Below, in pieces: positions 1 to 14,329 of a stretch of 64,000 nucleotides of DNA. The position numbers and the translations under genes are program-made. Position 1 is the stretch's first letter; the number at the start of each line of letters is the position of its first letter. The notes beneath the pieces were generated by a model. The model was not told the origin of the DNA. It was given only the letters and a program-made list of their open reading frames with translations, and made no database searches. Source of the stretch: Octopus vulgaris (Eukaryota); assembly GCA_951406725.2 (NCBI GenBank), contig OX597819.1, forward strand, positions 98,704,001 to 98,768,000, written 5' to 3'.

Positions 1-1150
1 AAGCAAGCAAGCAAGCAAGCAAGTGCATCTGTTGCTGGTGCTGGTGCTGCTGAAGATAGTGTAGATAAACAGCTGTGATATTGCTGCTGTTGCTGCTGCT
101 GTTGTTTTGTGCAGCTAAAACGTTTGTGCCCATACTGCAACCGGTGTTAGCACTTGTGTAGTTGCTGCCTCTTTTACACAGTTGCAGCTTGTGCTGTTGC
201 TGCAGTAGCTAAATAACTGCATGATTTCTGCAACAAGTATTGTTGTTACTGGTGATGTCGCGAAAACAGCTGACTTATTGCAGTAACTGGTGATGCTGTT
301 ATTGCAGCCGTAGCTAAACAACTACATCACTGTTTACAGACGGTTGTTGCTGCTGTTGCTGTTGTATCTAAACAACTGCATAATTTGCTGCAACTGGTAT
401 GTGTTTGATGCTGATGTTGATGAAATTGTTATTTTTTTTGCATTTTTTTTCTGTTTTTCCCGTTTATTAATTAAATATTAATTCAAATTAATTATAATTG
501 TAATTACACATTTCGTTCAAATCGTTCTTGTGTTCGCCGTCGCCGTTACCACCACCACTGCATCCGCCGCCTCCACTGTCTTCGCAAGAGAGTTATTTGC
601 CCTTCCTTCATCCCACCTTGCCTCCCGTCTATCTCATCATCACCATCAATAATTCTTGCTATTCGACAGTCAGGAGCTCGTCGGAGCTGGTGACAAACAT
701 CTGGAGTGACCCACCACTGCCATTAAACTGCCCGAAACATAACTTGGTGCTCGCGTTGTCCAAAGGGAATCATTATAATCATTATATTAATAACAATAAC
801 AATAACAACAATAATAACAGTAAAAATATTAATAATGATTATAAGAAAAACAGTAATTATAAATAATAACAATAGTAGTAATATTAATAATTATTATAAT
901 TATAAGTATATTTACTAGTATTGTTGTAATTTTTCTAATGAAAAGAATACATCAAGCTCTTAGCTTGACATATTTCTTCATTAAAATTGTGTAATATACG
1001 TATGAATGCATGCATATTATGTATATGTAAACATACATATATATATATATACACATGCATTTGTATAAACAAACGTATATATATATATTTATATATATAT
1101 ATATATACATAAATGTTTACATAGTCATACATCCACACATTCGTAAATAC

Positions 1151-1239
<89 letters not shown>

Positions 1240-1595
1240 CTTCTAAATTCCAAGTGTCCTGGATTACATGCGGTTCTGCTCCGACTTCAAACAGTCATTT
1301 CTTGTCTGTGTTCTTGTTATTGGTTTATCACAAATATTTTCCTTCGAGGTATTTTGGAATCGCCAGCGTGCTTTGTGTATGTGAAGGTATGTGTGCATGG
1401 GTTTATGGGCGTATAGGTATATATATATATATACATATATGACAACGTGTTTGTGCATGTGAGTGGTGTTGTGGGTATGTGAGGGCTAATTATGTGTATG
1501 TATTTGTGTATGTGTGTGTGCCTATATATAAAGATGCATACATACATACATATATACATAAACGTGAATGTACACATACACGTATATGTATGTAT

Positions 1596-1633
<38 letters not shown>

Positions 1634-2194
1634 GTGTGTGTGTATGTGTGTATGTATATATAGATATAAATGTATGTTTAGTTACATATTCCTAATTTTC
1701 TCTACTTTATATGCATGTTAATATGCATATTCATATGTATGTCCCTATATATATATCTGTATGTAAGTATATTTCTGTGAAATATACAGTAGTATATTTG
1801 AATGTAAGTCTGTAATATTGTATATGAATGTGTGCATGTGTGTTTTGCATATATATATATATATACTTTTTACCTCACGCTGAGGCCCCTTCCACTCGTT
1901 TCAGATATGGATCTATCCACCATTTTGTTGTTTACTTTCCCGCTTACTAACTTGTTTTCTAGCTTCGTTCACTGTTTCGTCGTTCATATTTCTCTTCAGC
2001 ATTTCTTTGTTAGAATATAGAAGATGTAGGGCACTCGGTTTAATTTTGGCTTATTAAAAATCTTTTTCACCATTCTCTGTCTTTATTCCCATTTTTATTG
2101 TTGTTGTTATTGCTGTAGATCTTGTTTGGTTGTTTGTTTTCTTTTTTCCTTCTGCGATCTGATTTACATACTTTTCCTTTAAATTCTTCCATTC

Positions 2195-2275
<81 letters not shown>

Positions 2276-3064
2276 TATATTTATTTAAAATTTCTGTTAT
2301 TTATTTTGGCTTCGGTGATTTTTCTCATTTTTAAAAGAATTTATATGTAAAAGTTAGGACACCTGGGAAAACGTTTCAAAGTTTTCTGTTGGTAAACCCG
2401 AGTAAAACGTGTATAGAAGTAAAGGGAGCCATAACAGTGTTAGTGAGGCGGGTGTGGTGTGAGAGGCTAGGTTAAATTGTGAAGTGTGCACCAATAGAGA
2501 GAGCCATAGCAGTGTTAGTGACAGGGGTTTTTTGTCGCGTGTGGCCGCGTTACATTGTGAGCTGTCACAGAAGCATATTTGTCCCTTGGCCGGTCTTGAC
2601 TCACGCATGCACACATGGTAAATGTTCATCAAAATGTTTAGTTTTTCGGAACATGTCCGGGTGTATGTCACCTTCCCTGCAAGTAAAAGAGATACAATTT
2701 AATAGATATGGCGACGGCATAACAGAATTTTGTCATCAAACAAGAAGAAGAACAACAACAACAATAACAACAACGACGAAAACAGCAACAACAACAACAA
2801 CAACAACAGCAGCAACAGCAACAGCACATTCATCCATCCGTCGATGCTCTCGGTGTCGGGTGTGGGGGGGTGACCTGCTTTCTCTTCTGCGGGTCTTACG
2901 AATAGCAAAGGACCACGCTTCGGACTTCTCCCACTGCTCTGGGACGAAGACCACTTCGCTCAACAAACAAACAAACAAAGCAGCAACAATCAACAACAAC
3001 AACAGCAGTAGCAATAAGAACAACAACAACAACAACAACAACAACACTAGCACCAATAATTATG

Positions 3065-3500
3065 ACTACGAACTAGAAACCATGATAGAAAATAAAAAGT
3101 ATGGGATCTTATGGGACAACCCCATAAAAACTGACCTTACTATTGAGGCAAGAAGTCCAGGTATGACTATACAGCACATAATAAACAGTGTAAGATCATA
3201 GACTTTGCTACACCATATGCTATACCGTATTCCAATCAAATTGACAAAATTACGGAATATCAGGATGATGTCAGGGAGCTGCAGATATTGTGGAAGTCTA
3301 AGAATATAATTATTCAGTGAAACTTGGTACACTTATATTAACATCCAAACTGAAAGATATTGGAATTGAGACCTTCGCAAAAGAACGACCCTCAGGGTTT
3401 TTCAAATATCCTAAGAAAGATTCTTGAAATTTGAAGAAACTTGTTGTCATTAAACACCAGGGTAAAATACCTGATAAAAAAATTAGCATGTAATAACTTA
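3065..3500 (+). mobile_element. Old R4/Dong-like LINE 3' fragment (restriction-like endonuclease region), between (AAC)n and (AAT)n tracts
   Basis: The ORF 2479-3201 tail reads ETMIENKKYGILWDNPIKTDLTIEARSPG, matching EKVTENEKATILWDMPIHTDREIKANRPD in the younger copy at 44.2 kb. It ends in (AAT)n. Confidence 0.7.
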
Positions 3501-3522
3501 ATAATAATAATAATAATAATAA

Positions 3523-3563
<41 letters not shown>

Positions 3564-3610
3564 ATAATAATAATAATAATAATAATGATAACAATAATAA
3601 TAATAATAAT

Positions 3611-4169
3611 ACCATGCCCTGATGCAGTACCAGGCATTGGCTCTCATGGCTTCTGATCTTAACTGATTGGAAATGTTTTCATGTACATTGTTTTGTCTTG
3701 GTATAAAAGGTGGGCTACAGCAAATATTTTGCTCAATACCACAGATTTGCTTGTTAGTTGTTTGACCTTAACCAGTTGAGCATGTCCCTTAGTGGCTGAC
3801 GATATGTGCATCTCTGATCACGAGCAGAAGTAGTGGGGGAGCATCATAGCCGTGTGTTGAAAGGAATTCTTAGAGGTTTGGATAATTCACTTTTGGAAAC
3901 ATGGGTGGTTCGTTCAATATCCTTAAACAATCCTTATTCAGGGACCTTTTGAGCAGGATTTGCTACTCGACCAGAAGAAAATTCTAACTGGGTCCCACCT
4001 GCAAGGTCATGTGCTGTTTATCTTGATATGAGATCACCTTGTCGCACTCATATGGTTGTGATGCATGTGACTGGTGTACCCTTATCAGACGGGTAGTCAT
4101 GAAGGGTATACTGGGCTTCGTATATTTTACCCCAGTGTCACTTTGATGGCATGCACTGCTCTCTCATTC
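3611..4169 (+). mobile_element. (AAT)n-associated non-coding retroelement segment ('family X'), longest copy
   Basis: Homologous to 33512-33899 (-), 34057-34526 (-) and 57144-57602 (+). Ends ...gcactgctctctca(t/c)tc followed by an AAT-type tract. Confidence 0.75.
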
Positions 4170-4202
4170 AATGATGATGATAATAATAGTAATAATAATA
4201 AT

Positions 4203-4255
<53 letters not shown>

Positions 4256-4302
4256 AAACAACAACAACAACAATAATAATAATAATAATAATAATAATAA
4301 TC

Positions 4303-4661
4303 CTTTCTCCTAAAGGCACAAGGCCTGAATTTTTGTGGGAAGGACAGTCGATTACGTCGAACCCAGTACTTGACTGGTACTTAATTTATTGATCCTAAAA
4401 GGATGAAAGATAAAGTTCGACCTTGGCGGAATTTGGACTCAGAATGTAGCGACGGGCGAAATACGTATTTCTTTATTACCCACAAGGGGCTAAACATATA
4501 GTGGACAAACAAGGACAGACATAGGTATTAAGTCGATTACATCGACCCCAATGCGAAACTGGTTCTTAATTTATCGACCCCGAAAGGATGAAAGGCAAAG
4601 TCGACCTCGGCGGAATTTGAACTCACAACGTAACGGCAGACGAAATACCGTTAAGCATTTC
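4303..4661 (-). mobile_element. tRNA-derived SINE family A (Nin/Deu-domain-like), body duplicated in tandem
   Basis: Reverse complement contains gttcaaattccgccgaggtcgactttgcctttcatcctttcggggtcgataaattaag. Many copies in the window. Confidence 0.85.
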
Positions 4662-4829
4662 GCAGGAGTGGCTGTGTGGTAAGTAGCTTGCTTACAAACC
4701 ACATGGTTCCGGGTTCAGTCCCATTGCGTGGCACCTTGGGCAAGTGTCTTCTGCTATAGCCCCGGGCCGACCAATGCCATGTGAGTGGATTTGGTAGACG
4801 GAAACTGAAAGAAACCTGTCGTATATATG

Positions 4830-4860
<31 letters not shown>

Positions 4861-5069
4861 TTGTGTGTCTGTGTTTGTCCCCCTAGCATTGCTTGACAAC
4901 CGATGCTGGTGTGTTTACGTCCCCATCACTTTGCAGTTCGGCAAAAAAGAGACCGATAGAATAAGTACTGGGCTTACAAAGAATAAGTCCCGGGGTCGAT
5001 TTGCTCGACTAAAGGCGGTGCTCCAGCATGGCCGCAGTCAAATGACTGAAACAAGTAAAAGAGTAAAGA

Positions 5070-5070
<1 letters not shown>
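4662..5070 (+). mobile_element. tRNA-derived SINE family B, full length
   Basis: A-box-like gtggctgtgtggtaag, B-box-like ggttcagtccc, internal (TA)/(TG) tract, tail ...gactgaaacaagtaaaagagtaaagagt. Near-identical to 7481-7906 (-). Confidence 0.9.
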
Positions 5071-5116
<46 letters not shown>

Positions 5117-5142
5117 TATTATTATTATTATTACTTTTTTTT

Positions 5143-5337
5143 CTATAGGTACAAGACCTATAGAAGACCAGCAATTTCGGGGGAAACCTAAGTGTTCAAA
5201 TGGTACTTCTTACATCGATCCCCAAAAGAATGAAAGGTAAAGTCAACCTTGGCGGAATTTGAACTCAGAACATAAAGACAGAATAAATACTGCTAAGCAT
5301 TTAGCCTGGCGTCCTAACGACCTTTCCAGCTTGCCGC
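5143..5337 (-). mobile_element. SINE family A, diverged copy
   Basis: Family A body (aaagtcaaccttggcggaatttgaactcagaac) and head remnant. Confidence 0.75.
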
Positions 5338-5682
5338 ACATGGAGTACTTTATTTAAACTCAATCTTTGGTGAGCTCTTAATCTCAAATTGTCTCCATTC
5401 AGTTTGTTGGCTTGCATGAAGATTCGTTAGCCCTCATTTCATTTGGGGAGCAGATGGGTTTCTCTGTATAGAAAGCTTCTTTTCCTGAATGACGGGTTCC
5501 TACGAGATAGATTCATCCCCTCTACGGTGAATGCCTTTTTTGTCAACTTCCCTCGTACTTTTTTGTTGCCTATTGTTTTTTTATTTAATGAAAGGAAGAT
5601 ATCTTTATTTTTTTTGCCCCGAAGTCTGATAACCCATTTCAGTCTACGTGGGTCCTCTATACGCTTAAGTGTATTCACCAAT

Positions 5683-6065
5683 ACCTATTTCTATATTACC
5701 CACAAGGGGCTAAACACAGAGCGGACAAACAAGGACAGACATAGGTATTAAGTCGATTACATCGACCTCAGTGCGTAACTGGTACTTAATTTATCGACCC
5801 CGAAAGGATGAAAGGCAAAGTCGACCTCGGCGGAATTTGAACTCACAACGTAACGCAGACGAAATACCTATTTCTTTATTACCCACAAGGGGCTAAACAC
5901 AGAGGGGGCAAACAAGGACACACATAGGTATTAAGTCGATTACATCGACCCCAGTGCGTAACTGGTACTTAATTTATCGACCCTGAAAGGATGAAAGGCA
6001 AAGTCGACCGAAATACTGCTAAGCATTTCGCCCGGTGTGCTAACGTTTCTGCCAGCTCGCCGCCT
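5683..6065 (-). mobile_element. SINE family A with tandem body+tail duplication
   Basis: Head ggcggcgagctggcagaaacgttagc on the minus strand at ~6065. Two copies of the tail ttagccccttgtgggtaat. Confidence 0.85.
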
Positions 6066-6379
6066 TTCTCCAATACCGCAGTGAAGTTGGACTTGCCGGA
6101 GGTAGTGCTGTCTTAAGGCGTGGACACACTAGGCAGTTGCCTAAGGACCTCAAGATTCTCGGAGCCTCAAGAGTCTAGTGGCCCAGTTCTCATCTATATA
6201 TGCTGTAGCTTGCTGTACTGGGCCCAGTACATTGATTTGTCCGGGAGCCTATGATGCTTCTAAAACAGTCTTGCCCCGTAAATCTATCTTATTGACAATA
6301 TGCTTTATGTGTTTATCCTTCATGGTTCATGTTGAAAAGAATACTTGTAAACGAGGGAGTTTGGTGAGTATTCGTCGCA

Positions 6380-6727
6380 CTTTCATTTGATCCAGCACAA
6401 GTAGATATGCTGTTGCTATGGTTGTTGTTGGCTGTAAAGAGTAAAGACCCTTTTCGGACCATGAGATTGCACCTAGAAAGTTATCGAGGCACAAGTCCGG
6501 ATAAAGTTGTTTATGGAAGACCAGTATCTCCCATGCATACCAGCCTCCCCTCTTCACGCCACCGATGTTATCCAAAGAAACAGGCAGAGGCTGATATAGC
6601 TTAGTACCAGTGACATCACAATATGAAATAAAGTATTCTGCTCAAGAACACAACACAGAGCCCGGTCCAGGAAGCGAACTCACTACCTCACGATTGTGAG
6701 CCCGACGCACTAACCACTGAGCCATGC
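6380..6727 (-). mobile_element. tRNA-derived SINE (head gcatggctcagtggttag)
   Basis: A box tggctcagtggttag and B-box-like gagttcgcttcc on the minus strand. The 3' boundary is approximate. Confidence 0.7.
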
Positions 6728-7480
6728 TTAAGGCAATATCATTATTTTTTTCTCATTTTCTGCAATTTATATAATTGTATATTCATTAACATTTATTTTT
6801 GATTAATTCGCTTTCATTCTGTTCGACATTATTCCTTCCACGATGTTTGTGTTTCGATACTGTGTAAAAGCAAGAATACTTTATTGTGTGACAGACAAAA
6901 ATGAAATGAAATTATTTAAAAACCAACCTTCATTGTTATACCCCTCCACAGAAACAGACTCCCAAATTGTGCAACAGAAAGTTCTATATTAGAGAACATA
7001 TATCATCAAATTATTTTTTTATGCGTCTGTAAAGCGCGTGTGTATAATTGCGCACGCGCACACTATGTTATTGCTGCACATAATTACGACAGAAGGAAGG
7101 TAACCTACGTAGTTGATCTAAGGGAGATAACTTTATCAATTTTGTAACTGCTATCATTAGAATCAAACCAGTGGAAGTTAAACTTCCGTCTGTCGTCTGC
7201 TCTTGAAACCATGCGCATCTGTAGCGAGTCTGAATAGCCATCCGAGAGAGTCAAAAACACTGTTGACAACGAAGAAGCACAGAGAGAGACGGCAATCATT
7301 TGTGAAAATTGAAAGATCACCATGTATGTATTATAAAGGGAGAGGGACAGCCATGAACTCACACAGGAGAATTTGAGAAAAAAGGGAAATTCCTGTAGAA
7401 TTTCATTCTTGTAAAATGAGGATTGGAGTGGTGATTTGTTTGTTGAAACAAAAATAGGAATGGTATACTCTCTCTCTCTC

Positions 7481-7906
7481 TTTTACTCTCTCTTTTACTT
7501 GTTTCAGTCATCTTGACTGCGGCCATGCTGGAGCACCGCCTTTTAGTCGAGCAAATCGACCCCGGGACTTATTCTTTGTAAGCCCAGTGCTTATTCTATC
7601 GGTCTCTTTTGCCGAACCGCTAAGTGACGGGGACGTAAACACACCAGCATCGGTTCTCAAGCAATGCTAGGGGGACAAACACAGACACACAAACACACAC
7701 ACACACATACACATATATATATATATATATATACATATATATACGACAGGCTTCTTTCAGTTTCCGTCTACCAAATCCACTCACAAGGCATTGGTCGGCC
7801 CGGGGCTATAGCAGAAGATACTTGCCCAAGATGCCACATAGTGGGACTGAACCCGGAACCATGTGGTTGGTTAGCAAGCTACTTACCACACAGCCACTCC
7901 TGCGCC
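7481..7906 (-). mobile_element. SINE family B, full length
   Basis: Reverse-complement match to 4662-5070. Confidence 0.9.
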
Positions 7907-8187
7907 TATGTGAAGGAGTATGTGAAGGAAAGATGACTGTGTTGGGTACTGCACTTCACGGTCAAGCTTTTGGCTTTCAGAAGTATTGTTTCATCTCACT
8001 GTTTTTTTTTTTATCATTACTTTCTCGTGTATCCACCGCTCAGGCTCCCCTCAACCATTCATTTTGCCCCCTCTTCTCACTTTTATTGGGTTCACGTATC
8101 GGTTCTGCACTAGCCATAGTATCCATTCCTTCTCCCTATATTATATACATTGCAGAAAATGAGAAAAAAATAATGATATTTCCTTAA

Positions 8188-8312
8188 GCATGGCTCAGTG
8201 GTTAGAGCGTCGAGCTCACAATCATGAGGTAGTGAGTTCGATTCCTGGACTGGGTTCTGTGTTGTGTTCTTGAGTAGAATACTTTATTTCATGTTGTGAT
8301 GTCTCTGGTACT
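8188..8312 (+). mobile_element. SINE head, part of an inverted duplication of 6603-6775
   Basis: gcatggctcagtggttagagcgtcgagctcacaatcatgaggtagtgagttcgattcc. The upstream flank is also shared with the 6.7 kb copy. Confidence 0.75.
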
Positions 8313-8574
8313 CCAACTGGAATTTCCCCTTCACTCATGTTTTCCTGCAGGTGTTGGCCAGCAATAATTTAAATAGAAGATTTAAATTCTCAAGCTCACC
8401 AGTTTCAAAGCGCTTATAAGTGTCATGGACACTGGCTCTTTCTTTAAACGTAGCAAGTTAAAAAATATCAAAACCAAAATACATTTGGTATCTATGAGCT
8501 TGTTATTGTTCTTTTGTCACCTCACCTCGTTTTATAGTATGTTTAGGACCACATTGTGCAAAATGTCCATCAGG

Positions 8575-9476
8575 ATCTTAAGAGGTAGAATTTGACCTAA
8601 GGGAAATTTGGCTGCTTTTTTAAGAGGTTCTCTTATTGTATTGGTTTTGGCTGCAATATTTTGCAGCGTCGAAAGGTTTGTAGTTGGATGGTCTTTTTTA
8701 AAATGCGTTCTAAAATATTTGTGTGTGGGTTGCGCAATCAGACTTGTGGTTTATAGAGGTCAGTAACTGGTCTCCTGCTTCAATAGGAAACCCAGTCTTT
8801 CAGGTTTTGTCATGGCTGTGTTACTGATCTATGAAATAAAATTTAGTAAACATAATTTTATATATATATATGCTTGAAATTATTCATTATTGTAAGCGCA
8901 GACATAGCCGTGCTGTTAAGAAATTGATTAGCAATTATATAGTTCTGAGTTCGATTTCATTCCGCGGCCCTTCATTCAAATGTCATTTACCACGACCTGA
9001 AGTCAATCCGAGACGTATACAATTGGATAACGGAAGACTGTTCCGAATAGACTGTATCAGATAGGTTCATGATTCCTTCTATGTTCTTTATATCAGTTCT
9101 GAAAGATCAGACAAGTTCACCGACGCAGACCTTTCTCCCCATGGCTTATCATTGAATAGAATGTTTTGTTTTTATGGTTTCATATAGTTCAGCGAATAGA
9201 ATAAGGATATAAAACGAGAAGAGAATTTTAAATGTGGCGTGAAAATCACACTTTAGTTATAATCATGTTTTTTGTCAACAAATGACGTCATTTGGGAAGT
9301 AATTTAATGACAAGGATTGCAAGATCTAATTCTAATTTCGTACGTTACACATGAAAGATAAATATGGGAATATTCTATAACGATTTAATTTAAAGGTGAA
9401 TAAAACCAATACAATAAGAGAGCCTCTTAAAAAAAGCAGCCAAATTTCTCTTAGGTTAAATTCTACCTCTTAAGAT
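8575..9476. repeat. Inverted repeat pair, ~74-bp arms (8575-8648 / 9402-9476)
   Basis: atcttaagaggtagaatttgacctaagggaaatttggctgc...gtattggtttt matches the reverse complement of 9402-9476 with few mismatches. Confidence 0.8.
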
Positions 9477-11399
9477 ATGTAATTTCCACCGCATTGAAGG
9501 AATCTTTTCGTGTGTTATTGTCTAATATTATTTCACATTACCAGTCAATATTCAAATACAGTTACCTCCCCATATAACAGCCGATGCTCCGTAAGCAAGT
9601 CTTCGGAAGTTCGTGATAACAGACTGTGATAACTTGGCTTGTTTTTGATAATTTATTATTAGTAACAATTATTGTAACTGGTAGACTTATGCTTATTTGG
9701 ATCCCTGGTACATGACATTTAGTCTCCCATTCCTAATGTGTCCGCACTTGTCACTGGGAAAATTTTGTTTTAGAATTAAAAATATAAAAGCGCGTCTTAT
9801 ACGTCGACATATACGGTATTTACAAACATTTCGGGAATTTAATAAACAAAGTTTCATTAATAATGAACTAACGTGTGCCAAATATAAATACCTTCTCAAC
9901 TCAAGGTCTGTAGGTTCGGCGTTTATCAGCAATTTCTTTATGATTTAAAGAATATCGATCGAATCCCATCATCCCTCACTAATATTCTAATTTCATATCG
10001 GTAACAATTCCTCGATTCAAACCACACGAATTCTCAAATGAGTTGTTGAAATCTCACGTACGAAGTATAAAGTGCACTATCGGAAACATGAAATCCCATT
10101 AGTACGTGCTACAAGGGACACCACTCTTGCAAAACACGTTCTACAAATACACTTTCGACTCAACTGTATTATACAACTGTCAAAATACCATATTAAGGAA
10201 CCACTTTTAGTGCATATTTTGAAGTGATTTGACACAGCTAAAACATCTATGGTCGAACACTACTACGACGAATGTAAGCTGCATGTAGCAGCTTACACGC
10301 AGAGGTCTTGTATGTACTGAGGACGGAATGGTTCTCTGAAAATACTTCCTGATTCACCATTGCCCGACCTGAGGCAAATGAAATATATTAGAAGAGGATA
10401 TTAAAAATTGTTAGTACCATTTACTGCATAAGTAAGGACATAGTATTGAAGAAATTACAGATAAGGTCAATTTCTAAATTCTTTGATCTATATGGCTGAT
10501 ATATGCTTCCGAGAAACAATTCCGCGTAAGTGTCTACAATGTGATGTATGAATACGTGATGATTTACAAAGAGTTTGTGCGGGGAATAGCGACGAGTGAG
10601 AATAGAAAATGGAAATATTTCCAACATAAACAGCTACATTTTTATGTCTTGGTATATTTTAAAACTTTTAGTCACGAAGGAGCGCAGTGTTGACAACTCT
10701 TTAGAGGACCACCAAGGCTAGTGGGGTAGGTGGGATTGAGGAAGTAAATCTGAAACCTGCCACCTCGTTCGAATGCTTACAAGAGAGTGGAGTCCACTAA
10801 AGGCACCCCAGGAGCCAAGTGATGGTATTAAACCGGGTGACAACTTAGTACTACCACCCGAAATTCAAAGGTCAAATATATCGCAATCTATTAAAGCCGT
10901 AGATAACTGAGCTTTAATAATGAGGAAACTTGTTGGTATCTGTTAGGGCTTGTACTCAGAATTTAGAGTCCTCATCGAATTCCTACACATTAAAGATGAT
11001 TCTCCTTAAAATATAAAAAAATTACTCTCTGAAGGGACACGTTATGAATAGTAAAGAGACACCCACTAACAATAATTCCTTATGGGATCTTCACAGTTGA
11101 TGTCAACCCTACAATTTAATATTTACTTTAAAGAGCATTATTTTCAGAATAAAGAGCACTTTGAGCATTACCTGGTGCCGGTTCTCTCACCCATTTTACA
11201 CACATGCCTTTACACGATATCGTCTTCAACTGTGGATGGGTTTCATTAAATGGATCGGAGCACCAGTCATCTTTGTTCAAACAGTGATAGCAAGTGATCG
11301 GATCTCTAGAATCTGAAACGAAGGCAGAAAAAAAACAACATTAATTTTAACGAAATATTTAGTTGGAAGTACAGATCAGAGACTTGTCTTGAACCGTAT

Positions 11400-11512
<113 letters not shown>

Positions 11513-11596
11513 CACGCACACGCACACGCACACGCACACACACGCACACACACACACATACACACGCACACGCACACACACGCACACACACATACA

Positions 11597-11811
11597 CGAG
11601 GGGTGCTGAAAAGTTCCTGGCTTTGGATAAAAGAAAATACAGGATTTTTTAAATTTTATGCTTTTATTCAGTATATTGCTCTCTCAAATCCACACACTTA
11701 TTGCAGCGGCCATAGGGGTTTTCTAAGCCCTGTAAAAGAAATCGGAAGGGTGGGCTTCGAGTTAGGCCTTTCGGGATACCCTTGAAGCCAGGAACTTTTC
11801 AGCACACCTCG
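11597..11811. mobile_element. mariner-type MITE
   Basis: 27-bp TIRs CGAGGGGTGCTGAAAAGTTCCTGGCTT / AAGCCAGGAACTTTTCAGCACACCTCG (1 mismatch). TA follows the right end; the left flank is CA. Confidence 0.85.
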
Positions 11812-11815
11812 TATG

Positions 11816-11900
<85 letters not shown>

Positions 11901-12224
11901 TCAGGTACTCAAATGACAGGCACTAGGTTCGTTCGAATGAACTTGTAAACAGCACCTTTAGTCGAATCAATATCATAGGTACCGAAGTACATCTAGTAAA
12001 ATATTCAGTTATATATGCAGAGAATTTAACCCTTATGAGTATTCTAATAGCCTATGGGCTAATCCAAAAGTGTACAATGTATTAGTCGTACAGCATTTGG
12101 TACACTCCTGAATATCCGACAGGTTGGGATCCCAGTGAGTTATATTATGAACAAATAAATAACAAACGATGGATGAGGGACTTCATAAGTGACACTTATC
12201 CATTGTTTATACACACACACACAC

Positions 12225-12296
<72 letters not shown>

Positions 12297-12303
12297 CTAT
12301 ATC

Positions 12304-12334
<31 letters not shown>

Positions 12335-12339
12335 TCCAA

Positions 12340-12408
12340 ACATAAAAACACATAGAGAAAACACAACAACGCGAGGACGTGGAACAAATATAGTGTTTTT
12401 GGACGCTC
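12340..12408 (-). mobile_element. Short PLE 3'-tail fragment
   Basis: acaacaacgcgaggacgtggaacaaatatagtgtttttggacgctc resembles caacaacgcaaggacgtggtacatgcaaagtattaataagacgctc, which lies downstream of the HHR at 46.46 kb. Confidence 0.55.
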
Positions 12409-12482
12409 GTGTGTGTGTGTGTGTGTGCTTGCATGTGTATATGTGTATATATATAGTTGTTTATTTATATATATATTATATA

Positions 12483-13096
12483 TCTATACATATAAATTTG
12501 ATATGGGCGATTCTTCCTTGTCTTGGGATTCACGGTCAAACGGCTGGGTGGAATTACACGAAAAATTACGCAGATGTGATGCTGGGCTTTGTATTTTTTT
12601 CATAGCTCCCATGGTTACCGAGATAATCTACTATAATAATACCCTTGTGTTTATGAATGAGAAATGAAGGCGTGATAGATGAATAAGGAAAGAAGGGGTG
12701 ATGTCATACTTGGTAGTGGATGATAAAAATTGTATCCTGAAAAAGTAAATCAAACAGTGTTTCAACTCTGTGTGAATATGTGTGTGTGTATGTAAAAGGT
12801 AGGTATATGAATGTGTGTGAATGTGTGTATGTGTTTGTGTGTGTGCGTGTGCGCGCAATAGAAGTGGGATGGTTCATCTTTGTTCGCTTAGTATTTGGGT
12901 TAATTTTTGATTTGGTTGAATCTTGGTTGTTTTTTTTTTGTTGGTCAGTTATTTTTAGCGTTTTGACAGAAGAAAAGTTATTCTAAAATTGTTTTTTTTA
13001 ACGTAAGCGTGCCCAGACAAGTCGCATGCTTACACAGAACAGGTTTTACAGCCACATCATCCAAACCGACCGGGTGAAACCGGGCTTAGCTGCTAG
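12483..13096 (+). mobile_element. Non-autonomous Helitron, complete
   Basis: 5' A|TCTATACATATAAA. 3' hairpin CCGG-GTGAAA-CCGG (13070-13083), then CTAG|T at 13093-13097. Confidence 0.8.
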
Positions 13097-13109
13097 TATA
13101 TATATATAC

Positions 13110-13244
<135 letters not shown>

Positions 13245-13773
13245 TTTGATTTTGATTTTTCCAGTTTCAGCTTATGAGCTGTGTATATATATATATACAC
13301 AAGTGGAAAACAGCATCTATTTTTATTCCTAGAATTTCAAGATTTCCCCTCTTTTGTTTCCAATACCCCTCACAGCGTTACCGTTATTTCGTTTAGGTCA
13401 AAATAACATCAATGCAATCTCTGCATTAGTGATGTGAGTTCGCCATCAAATGACGTCAACGCAGCCCTTGATGACGTCAAAAACTGTGCAAAGCCACTTA
13501 TGACTAAGTGACAGAAATGAGACTGGCTACTCTTGCGAAACATCGACAAAAGTGATGGTATTTAATGATGGTGGCGGTGTCATTGGTGGTGTTGGTATTG
13601 ATGGTGGTTGTCGTATTGGGATTGGCGATGCTGGTCGTCGTATAGTAGCTGTGGTGGCTTTGGTATCGGGTGAGGGGAGTGTTGATTGTTCAGGTGGTAG
13701 CAGCGGTAGATTTAGTGATGGTCGTGGTTAGGTATTAGTATTAGTGTTGGTGGTAGTAGTATTTGGAGTTGAT

Positions 13774-14101
13774 ACATACATACATGCATACATACATACG
13801 TATGTACATACATACATACGTACGTACGTGTACACATACATAATACATATATAAGTACCCACGTACTTGCATATCTACATATATACATATATGCATACAT
13901 ACATGCATATATACGTACATACATGCATACATACACATGTACGTACATACATGTATGCATACCCAATACATACATACATACATACATACATACAAACATA
14001 CATACATACATACCTAATACATACATACATACATACATACATACATACATACATACATACATACATACATACATACATACATGTATACATACATGCATAC
14101 A

Positions 14102-14135
<34 letters not shown>

Positions 14136-14295
14136 CATACATACATACATACATAGATACATACATACAAACATACATACATACATACATACAAACATAC
14201 AAACATACATACATACATACCTAATACATACATACATACATAGATACATAGATACATACATACATAGATACATACATACCTAATACATACATACA

Positions 14296-14329
<34 letters not shown>

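Noticed and set aside
1965-2003. Minus-strand CTGAAGA...GAAAC spacing like a hammerhead
   Set aside because: No stem II or stem I pairing, and the triplet would be GUG.
5350-5681. Lys/Arg-rich minus ORF, possibly a LINE fragment
   Set aside because: No motif I can identify with confidence.
7020-7362. CpG-richer unique segment with an 85-aa minus ORF, possible exon or promoter
   Set aside because: No recognisable protein or convincing splice pair. Cannot be supported without RNA-seq.
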